Shown in pieces: positions 1 to 6,677 of a DNA stretch of 14,128 nt (its first letter is position 1; every line of letters begins with the position of its first letter). The DNA is taken from positions 1 through 14,128 of the forward strand of contig NZ_JAYKGW010000077.1 of the NCBI RefSeq assembly GCF_035285525.1, read 5' to 3'. Both the position numbers and the translations under genes were made by a program. The notes beneath the pieces are model-generated. The model worked only from the letters and a program-made list of their open reading frames with translations. It made no database searches and was not told the DNA's origin. The DNA comes from Okeania sp. (GTDB lineage Bacteria > Cyanobacteriota > Cyanobacteriia > Cyanobacteriales > Microcoleaceae).

Positions 1-2
1 AC

Positions 3-3000
3 TGGGAAGGAGAATTTGTTTCTGAGGATTTGGGAGCAGAATGGGAGTCAGCGCTAGCAGCGAAAGTGTATGACTATTGTTTTGGAGAACAATTTGCTCC
101 TGAGTATCAAGCAGGTAGAGTGCAAGCGGTGGCAGATATCTATGCAGCAGGATTAAGTGATTGTCATGTGGAAATTTTAGGGAGATTTCATGTACGGGCA
201 AATTTAGTTGTGCCTCTACTCAAACGTGCAAACCAAGGAGAGTTACCAGAACTTTGGGGTTTATTGTGCATTCATCAATGTAGTCAACCCCGTCATTGGG
301 AAAATAATGAAATAGAGTTTGTACAGCAAATAGCGGATCATTTTGGTGTGGCGCTACAACAAGAAGATGCTTTCAAACAGCTTCAGGAAAAAGCCATAAA
401 GTTAACAATTAGTATAGAAAAACAAAAAGCTTTAGCCAGAGTAATTAAAAGGATTCGCACACCTCTAGATTCAGAAGAAATTTTTCAGGTGACTGCTACA
501 GAAGTACGTCACCTATTACAAGCAGACCGAGTTGCTGTATTTCGTTTCTATCCAGAAAGAGATTGGGAAGGAGAATTTGTTTCCGAAGATGTAGCCGAAA
601 GATGGGATTCAGCATTAGCAGCTAGAGTATATGATCATTGTTTCGGAGGAGAATTTGCGGTTCAGTATCAAGGTGGTAGAGTACAAGCGGTGGCAGATAT
701 TCACGTAGCAGGATTAAGTGATTGTCATCTGGAAATATTAGGGAGATTTCAAGTAAGAGCAAATTTAGTTGTTCCTCTACTCAAGGGTAAAGAGCAGGGA
801 AAATTACCGGAACTTTGGGGTTTATTGTGCATTCATCAATGTAGTCACCCCCGTCATTGGGAAAACGATGAAATAGAGTTTGTGCAACAAATAGCTAATC
901 ATTTTGGTGTAGCGCTACAACAAGAAGATGCTTTGGAACAAGTTGAACAACAGGCAGCAGAACTAGCTATTAGCAGAGAAAAGGAAAAGTTAGCTGAACG
1001 TCAGAAAATAGTAAGTGAGTTGTTCGACAAAATTCGCCTTTCTTTGGAAATTGAGGTGATTTTTGCTACTACTACTCAAGAAGTAAGGAAACTGCTACAG
1101 GCAGAGCGAATAGCAATATATAAGTTTTTACCTGATTGGAGTGGGAAATTTGTGGCTGAATCGTTTGCCGAAGGATGGAATCCCCTGGTGGGAGTGCTGC
1201 CAATTATTGAAGATACTTTTTTACAAGAAAATCAGGGGGGACGCTATGCTAATAATGAAACTTTTGCAGTTGATGACATCTATCAAGTAGGTCACACTGA
1301 ATGTCATATTCAATTATTAGAACAGTTTGAAGCTAGAGCTTATGTCATTGCCCCAATTTTACAGGGAGAGAAACTCTGGGGTTTGCTAGCAGCTTATGAA
1401 AATTCGGCTCCCCGTCATTGGCAAAAGGATGAAGTAGAGTTACTATCTCAAATAGGTACTCAGTTAGGAGTAGCTCTACAACAAGCTGAATATGTTCATA
1501 AAGTTCAGGAGCAGTCAAAACAACTAGCTACCAGGGCAGCAGAAATGGAAAAGTCAGCAGAACGGCAAAAAACTCTGGCAACAATTGTTGATAAAATTCG
1601 TCAGTCTCTGGATATTGAGACAATTTTCCAAACAACCACTCAACAAGTACAAGAATTACTAAGTGCAGACAGAGTTGCTATCTTTAAGTTTCATGCTGAT
1701 TGGAGTGGGGAATTTATTGCGGAGTCAGTAGGTGAGGGTTGGGTGAAGTTAATACAGAAGCAAAAGGAAAATTTCCAAATTTCCCAAAATGTTACTCTTT
1801 GTTCGGTTAGAGATTTGCCAAATTATGTGAATGACACCTATTTACAGGAAAGGAAAGGGGAAATTTTTTCTCAAAAAGTTTATTGTACTTGCAATGATAT
1901 TTATGAGTCAGGTTTTAGTGATTGTTACCTTGAAGTATTGGAGTCTTATGAAGCTAGGGCGTATGCGATAGTGGCTATTTATCAGAAAGAAAAGCTTTGG
2001 GGTTTGCTAGCAGCTTATCAAAATTCGGGGCCTCGTGAGTGGGAAGTCGCAGAGGTGGAACTTTTGGCTCAAATTGGGGGGCAATTAGGAGTGGCGCTAC
2101 AACAAGCTGAGTATTTGCAACAAGTTGAAGCTCAAGCAGAAAAATTGAGAAAAGCAACAGAAAGGCAAAAGGCGTTGTCAAATACGATTGATAAAATTCG
2201 TCAATCTTTGGATATTAATACTATTTTTCAGACTACTACTCAAAAGGTGCGACAGTTACTAGAAGTGGAAAGGGTAGCGATTTATAAGTTCTATAATGAT
2301 TGGAGTGGAGAATTTGTAGCAGATTCGATCATTGATGAATGGACTCCTATGATTCAGACTCCGTTACAAATTAATCCGGCGATTTCTCAACAAACTAATG
2401 CTAGTACACTGCCTAGAAATGAAACTTTTGTACCAATTTTACAGGGAGAAAAACTTTGGGGTTTGTTGGTTGCTTATCAAAATTCTAGTCCTCGTTATTG
2501 GCAAGATGAAGAAATTAATTTGTTAGCTCAAGTAGGTGTGCAGTTAGGTATTGCTTTACAACAAGCTGAGTTATTAGAAAAAACTCGGACTCAAGCTGAT
2601 GATTTGATACAGGCTTTTCAAGATTTAAAAGAAGCTCAAATGCAAATGATTCAAGGTGAGAAAATGGCTGGTTTGGGGCAGTTAGTTGCAGGTATTGCCC
2701 ATGAAATTAATAATCCGGTTAATTTTATTCATGGTAATCTAAATTATGTGGAAGAATATACAGAAAATTTACTGGATTTGATGAAATTATATGCTGAACA
2801 TTATATAGAACCTGTTCCAGAAATTAAAGATTTTGCCGAAGAGATTGATTTAGAATTTATGATCAAAGATTTACCGAAAATGTTAAATTCTATGAAAATA
2901 GGAACGGAACGTATTCGGGAATTAGTATTATCATTAAGAATATTTTCTCGGATTGATGAAGCAGAAATGAAACGAGTAGATTTACATCAAGGAATGGATA

Positions 3001-3491
3001 GTACTCTATTGATTTTGCAGCATCGTTTCAAACCAAGAAAAGCAAATAATAAAATTGAAATTGTGAAAAATTATGGTAATTTACCTTTAGTAAAATGTCA
3101 TGCTGCTCAAATTAATCAGGTGTTTATGAACTTGCTGAGTAATGCTATTGATGTATTGGAAGAAAAACTAATAATAGAGAAAGATTTTACACCTATTATT
3201 ACTATTACGACGAAAGTTAGCAATACAAATCCAAGGAATGTTTCAATTGGAATTGCTGATAATGGTTTGGGGATTCCCGCAGAGGTGAAAGGCAAAATGT
3301 TTGACTTATTTTTTACTACTAAAGAAATCGGAAAAGGCACAGGTTTAGGATTAGCAATTAGTTATGAAATTATTGTGAAAAAACATGATGGTAAGCTATT
3401 ATGTAATTCTGAAGTAAATCAAGGAACCGAATTTATTATTGAAATTCCCATTCATAGAAATGATGATAAAGTTGAGACTTATAGGACTTAA
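3..3491 (+). CDS. Multi-GAF (cyanobacteriochrome-type) sensor histidine kinase, 5'-truncated by the window edge
   Basis: The frame is open to the window edge. Nt 3-29 encode WEGEFVSED, the same motif that opens the next GAF unit at 564, so the TTG at 30 is not the true start. Five GAF units each end LWGLL...PR.W..E......GVALQQ. H-box AGIAHEINNP (His codon 2700-2702), N-box NLLSNAID, G1 DNGLGIP and G2 GKGTGLGLAIS are present. Stop TAA at 3489-3491. Confidence 0.92.
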   Translation, partial: WEGEFVSEDLGAEWESALAAKVYDYCFGEQFAPEYQAGRVQAVADIYAAGLSDCHVEILGRFHVRANLVVPLLKRANQGELPELWGLLCIHQCSQPRHWENNEIEFVQQIADHFGVALQQEDAFKQLQEKAIKLTISIEKQKALARVIKRIRTPLDSEEIFQVTATEVRHLLQADRVAVFRFYPERDWEGEFVSEDVAERWDSALAARVYDHCFGGEFAVQYQGGRVQAVADIHVAGLSDCHLEILGRFQVRANLVVPLLKGKEQGKLPELWGLLCIHQCSHPRHWENDEIEFVQQIANHFGVALQQEDALEQVEQQAAELAISREKEKLAERQKIVSELFDKIRLSLEIEVIFATTTQEVRKLLQAERIAIYKFLPDWSGKFVAESFAEGWNPLVGVLPIIEDTFLQENQGGRYANNETFAVDDIYQVGHTECHIQLLEQFEARAYVIAPILQGEKLWGLLAAYENSAPRHWQKDEVELLSQIGTQLGVALQQAEYVHKVQEQSKQLATRAAEMEKSAERQKTLATIVDKIRQSLDIETIFQTTTQQVQELLSADRVAIFKFHADWSGEFIAESVGEGWVKLIQKQKENFQISQNVTLCSVRDLPNYVNDTYLQERKGEIFSQKVYCTCNDIYESGFSDCYLEVLESYEARAYAIVAIYQKEKLWGLLAAYQNSGPREWEVAEVELLAQIGGQLGVALQQAEYLQQVEAQAEKLRKATERQKALSNTIDKIRQSLDINTIFQTTTQKVRQLLEVERVAIYKFYNDWSGEFVADSIIDEWTPMIQTPLQINPAISQQTNASTLPRNETFVPILQGEKLWGLLVAYQNSSPRYWQDEEINLLAQVGVQLGIALQQAELLEKTRTQADDLIQAFQDLKEAQMQMIQGEKMAGLGQLVAGIAHEINNPVNFIHGNLNYVEEYTENLLDLMKLYAEHYIEPVPEIKDFAEEIDLEFMIKDLPKMLNSMKIGTERIRELVLSLRIFSRIDEAEMKRVDLHQGMDSTLLILQHRFKPRKANNKIEIVKNYGNLPLVKCHAAQINQVFMNLLSNAIDVLEEKLIIEKDFTPIITITTKVSNTNPRNVSIGIADNGLGIPAEVKGKMFDLFFTTKEIGKGTGLGLAISYEIIVKKHDGKLLCNSEVNQGTEFIIEIPIHRNDDKVETYRT

Positions 3492-3831
3492 ATGGTAGGG
3501 TGTTTTTTACGGGCTTCAGCGAACATATTTGCGGAGCATTATCTTAGGAAAAAGTGTATCTCGTAATGCACCAATATTCTCTATATGCAGTGCCTTTGTG
3601 TAAATTATATATTATTTTTCTCCATTTTTTCTTCTTCTTCCTTCTACCATTTCTAATATCAAATCCCCTGGCTCTGGAGAATAAAGTTATACTATCATAA
3701 AAGAGCAAAAACTCCTAGTTTGTAGAGGGTAAGGTTCCCGATAAATTGGAGACAAAAACTCTACGACTCTGAATTTTACCGATACTACCAGATTTGAGAT
3801 AACAAATTATTTTCAGATTAAGGTAAAATAG

Positions 3832-3862
3832 GAGAGGTCACTATTGTTAATAGCGACCTCTC
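3832..3862 (+). promoter_or_regulatory. Imperfect stem-loop (GAGAGGTCaCTATT-gtt-AATAGcGACCTCTC) 30 nt upstream of the Uma2 start
   Basis: Inverted repeat read directly from the sequence, 13 of 14 positions pair. No adjacent T-tract, so its role (leader structure, operator or weak terminator) is unknown. Confidence 0.3.
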
Positions 3863-3892
3863 TAGACTAAACATTTATAAAATTAGTATGAT

Positions 3893-4654
3893 ATGAATAC
3901 AATTACTCAACCAAAAGAAAAAGTTTCTGATTTATCGCCAACATTTGATTTACCAAAAAGTTTACCAGATCATACTCAACTTCCCGACCAGGATAATAAC
4001 TTCGTGAAAAATTTTCAAGAACCTCCGGAAGGAGATTTATTAACTCAGTCTATTACTCCAATTTTACAAAAAATTCATCCAGATCGCCAATACTGTGTTG
4101 GTCGAGATAGTGGGATTTATTGGCGGATAGCTGAAGCACCAGAACCTCTGGAAAAAGGTTCTGTAGCTCCTGATTGGTTTTATATACCGAATGTACCACA
4201 AAAATTAGATGGTCAGTTGCGTCGTTCTTATGTGTTATGGAAAGAATTTGTTGCTCCATTAATAGTATTAGAATTTGTTTCTGGAGATGGAGCGGAAGAA
4301 AGAGACCAAACAACAGGAATAGGTAAATTTTGGGTTTATGAACAAGTAATTCGCGTACCTTTTTATGGTATATATGAAGTTCAAAAAGGAACTGTAGAAG
4401 TATATAATTTGGTGAATGGTCGCTATCAAAAAATGATAGCAAATGAACACAAGCGTTATCCCATAGAACCTTTGGGTGTAGAACTGGGTATTTGGGAAGG
4501 TGAATATCAGAGTCAAGTATGGCCTTGGTTACGTTGGTGGGATAGTCAGGGAAATCTTTTGTTAACAGGAGATGAACTTGCAGAGCAAGAGCGTCAACGC
4601 GCCGATCGCTTGGCGGAGCAGTTAAAAGCTTTGGGTGTGGAACCAGAGTTATAG
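3893..4654 (+). CDS. Uma2-family (DUF820) PD-(D/E)xK putative endonuclease
   Basis: Matches the cyanobacterial Uma2 pattern: LPDHTQLPDQDNNFVKNFQE, APDWFYIPNV, RRSYVLWKEFVAPLIVLEFVSGDGAEERD, KFWVYEQVIRVPFYGIYEV, and a C-terminal ERQRADRLAEQLKALG tail. Confidence 0.85.
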   Translation: MNTITQPKEKVSDLSPTFDLPKSLPDHTQLPDQDNNFVKNFQEPPEGDLLTQSITPILQKIHPDRQYCVGRDSGIYWRIAEAPEPLEKGSVAPDWFYIPNVPQKLDGQLRRSYVLWKEFVAPLIVLEFVSGDGAEERDQTTGIGKFWVYEQVIRVPFYGIYEVQKGTVEVYNLVNGRYQKMIANEHKRYPIEPLGVELGIWEGEYQSQVWPWLRWWDSQGNLLLTGDELAEQERQRADRLAEQLKALGVEPEL

Positions 4655-4667
4655 GGCTTTCCGTCGC

Positions 4668-4928
4668 TTGTGAGGTACACTTATCGCGGGCAAGATACCC
4701 GGACTACAGTAATTTTACCATTTATTTTGTACCTTATTTGCAAAGGAATATGCTGTATCACTGATTATCCGAAGGTGATATAATATCAGGACTTACGCAC
4801 TAGACCACATATATAGTGTCAAAAACTATAACGTTATAGTTTTTAAGCTCCACATATAGTAGCTTCCGTGTAAGTCCTGTCGCTAGTTTAATCTAAAAAT
4901 AGCGATCGCTTAACTGGACTGTATTAAC
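4668..4928 (+). repeat. Copy A of a ~261-bp intergenic module (119-bp left arm, then the hairpin element, then a HIP1-containing right arm)
   Basis: Aligns base-for-base with 5045-5398 at an offset of 377 until the copy-B insertion, with scattered substitutions. Confidence 0.9.
4787..4879. mobile_element. MITE-like 93-bp hairpin element with termini CAGGACTTACGC...GTGTAAGTCCTG
   Basis: Terminal inverted repeats of about 12 bp. Internal arms ACCACATATATAGTG / CCACATATAGTAGC. Perfect central palindrome AAAAACTATAACGTTATAGTTTTT. No coding capacity. Confidence 0.5.
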
Positions 4929-5163
4929 TTTTAGGGAACACGGAACACTTAACTGGTATGGAAGAAATAGGTATGGAGGAAAAAAGTATTTTCACAAATA
5001 AATAAATATGAGATGCACCCTTTTTTTCCTTCTTCCTTCTTCCTTTGTGAGGTACACCTATGGCGGGCAAGATGCCCCCACTACAGTAATTTTACCATTT
5101 ATTCTGTACCTCATTTGCAAAGAAATATGCTGTATCAGTGATTATCCGAAGGTGATATAATAT

Positions 5164-5256
5164 CAGGACTTACGCCCTAGACCACATATATAGTGTCAAA
5201 AACTATAACGTTATAGTTTTTAAACTCCATATATAGTAGCTCCCGTGTAAGTCCTG
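5164..5256. mobile_element. Second copy of the 93-bp MITE-like hairpin element
   Basis: Near-identical to 4787-4879, with the same termini and central palindrome. Confidence 0.5.
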
Positions 5257-5272
5257 TCGCTACTTTAATCTA

Positions 5273-5369
5273 CAGAAATTATGCATACACCATATATATA
5301 GCGCTTAAAACTATTGTACAATAGTTTTTTGACTCTATATATAGTACCTCCCGTGTAAGTCCCGATCTA
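5273..5369. mobile_element. Diverged hairpin element inserted into module copy B, flanked by an ATCTA direct duplication
   Basis: ATCTA at 5268-5272 and 5365-5369 brackets a segment missing from copy A, which has a single ATCTA at 4891-4895. Its internal architecture (CCATATATATAGCG ... AAAACTATTGTACAATAGTTTT ... CTATATATAGTAC ... CCGTGTAAGTCC) parallels the 93-bp element. Confidence 0.55.
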
Positions 5370-5419
5370 AAAATAGCGATCGCTTAACTGAACTGTATTG
5401 TTTTATAGATGAGTCTATA

Positions 5420-5485
5420 GAAACCGGGTTTATCCACAAAATTTTGTGGTTTTCACAAGAATATCAGGGTAATAAACCCGGTTTC
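5420..5485. repeat. Nested hairpin: GAAACCGGGTTTAT ... ATAAACCCGGTTTC enclosing the palindrome CCACAAAATTTTGTGG
   Basis: 14-bp arms at 5420-5433 and 5472-5485, with an inner 16-bp perfect palindrome at 5434-5449. It is followed by an orphan MITE right end, CCCGTGTAAGTCCTG, at 5495-5509. Confidence 0.6.
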
Positions 5486-5558
5486 TTGGTTGCTCCCGTG
5501 TAAGTCCTGATTTACTTTCTTTTTCCTTCTTCTTTATTATCAAAATTAACCATAAATT

Positions 5559-6677
5559 ATGAGAATATACCTATATATTCTATCAGGAATTACATCTGCA
5601 TTAATAGGTTGGAGTATTGGGCAATTTATCCTCAGTGATTTAGGTTGGCTACAAAAATTTCCTGAACTAGCATTATTTCCTTGCATTGGAATTTCCCTTG
5701 CAGTTGGTATAGTAATTACAGACATATTTTTAAATAATCCCACTCGATTTAAACGGAACTTCAGCAGAGGTATAATACCCTTAAGTATTGCTGCTGGATT
5801 AGGATTTTTAATGGGGATTAGTGCTGGAGGATTAGTTCAAATATTACTCAATCCAGAATTACGAAATAAACTAATAATTATACCCGATGAATTTGTCAGA
5901 ATAATTGGGTGGATATTAATTGGTGGAGCGGTAGGTTTAGCTGAAGGTTTGACTTGGCGTTGGCGCAGTATAGAAGCAGGAGATAAATGGCGTTTTTGGC
6001 AGCGACTTATTATTAGTTTAAGTGTTAGTATTTTGACGGCTTTTGTGGCTGGGATTATCTTTGAATTTATCCGACAACAAATGGGAGAAATGCCAATAAC
6101 TTTAAAAGCTTGGGAAGATCTAATTGGATTTTCTTTATTAGGGAGTTTGTTAGGTTTAGTATTAAGTTTTTCTACTTCTCCAAGTCATCTAGTTGCCCTC
6201 AGAGCTGGAGCAGGTTTTGAATATATTGAAAATATCAATATGTTGCAAAATCAAACACCTAATAATTATCCTCATATTCAGAAAAAATTATTACCTAAAC
6301 TCAAATTTGTGAGTAATCTATTTGCTGATAAAATTGAGGAAGGATTGTCGATTCAATTACCAGCAAAAGGCAAAGTTAAAATAGGTTCAGCTCAGTTAAA
6401 AATTATAGGTAATCAAAAGTTTGGGGTAAATATTTGTATTCCTGGTTTACCATTACATATTGCTGATTTAGACTTAGCACCTAACCAAACAATTCTAGTA
6501 CCTAATCTCAAATTTTTCTATAGAATAGAATATCAAGGCGATCGCTTGAGGGAAAGTACACCAATTCAACTCAAACATAACGATTTAATTACATTTTATG
6601 CCGAAAGTGGTGTTTATAATGGTAAAAAATTATTCAGATTTGTCTACTATAATCGCTTTTTGGATCCACAAAGTTAG
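5559..6677 (+). CDS. Six-TM membrane protein with a ~150-aa C-terminal soluble domain (degenerate FHA-like)
   Basis: Six hydrophobic segments at roughly aa 3-25, 37-58, 72-97, 112-131, 150-171 and 188-204. The tail KVKIGSAQ...VNICIPGLPLHIADLDL...YRIEYQGDRL...IQLKHNDLITF follows FHA motif order but lacks the canonical G-R, S-x-x-H and N-G residues. Confidence 0.65.
   Translation: MRIYLYILSGITSALIGWSIGQFILSDLGWLQKFPELALFPCIGISLAVGIVITDIFLNNPTRFKRNFSRGIIPLSIAAGLGFLMGISAGGLVQILLNPELRNKLIIIPDEFVRIIGWILIGGAVGLAEGLTWRWRSIEAGDKWRFWQRLIISLSVSILTAFVAGIIFEFIRQQMGEMPITLKAWEDLIGFSLLGSLLGLVLSFSTSPSHLVALRAGAGFEYIENINMLQNQTPNNYPHIQKKLLPKLKFVSNLFADKIEEGLSIQLPAKGKVKIGSAQLKIIGNQKFGVNICIPGLPLHIADLDLAPNQTILVPNLKFFYRIEYQGDRLRESTPIQLKHNDLITFYAESGVYNGKKLFRFVYYNRFLDPQS

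Larger units (their letters stand above)
5045..5398 (+). repeat. Copy B of the intergenic module, carrying a 97-bp insertion
   Basis: Same sequence order as 4668-4928. The extra segment 5273-5369 is absent from copy A. Confidence 0.9.

Noticed and set aside
30-32. TTG at position 30 as the start codon of the histidine kinase
   Set aside because: The frame is open back to nt 3. The preceding codons (WEGEFVSED) reproduce the conserved GAF motif found at 564-590, so the gene clearly continues upstream of the window.
1975-3340. Antisense ORFs 1975-2181 (-) and 3116-3340 (-) inside the histidine kinase
   Set aside because: They lie entirely within a strongly supported sense CDS. The sequences are hydrophobic or low-complexity, as expected for antisense reading of AT-rich codons, and have no recognisable motifs.
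3492-3892. An intrinsic terminator for the histidine kinase, or a tRNA or ncRNA gene, in the 400-bp spacer
   Set aside because: There is no GC-rich hairpin with a T-tract just after the stop: the T-run at 3503-3508 has no preceding stem. No tRNA-like T-arm (GTTCRANYC) occurs anywhere in the window. Only the 3832-3862 stem-loop is reported, at low confidence.
4053-4516. Antisense ORFs 4053-4442 (-) and 4268-4516 (-) inside the Uma2 gene
   Set aside because: They are embedded antisense in a CDS with clear family motifs. Their composition is rich in F, L, I and K, typical of spurious AT-rich ORFs.
4942-4956. 15-bp exact inverted match GGAACACTTAACTGG (4942-4956) with CCAGTTAAGTGTTCC (9646-9660), as possible termini bracketing a 4.7-kb mobile unit
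   Set aside because: A single 15-mer match in a 14-kb window compared on both strands is not far from chance. Both sites sit inside local short tandem repeats (GGAACAC x2 and GTTAAGTGTTCC x2), which points to a dispersed micro-repeat. No target duplication or transposase supports a composite element.
5546-5743. ORF 5546-5743 (-) overlapping the start of the 6-TM gene
   Set aside because: It is antisense to a CDS with coherent TM-helix periodicity. It is only 65 aa and has no motif.
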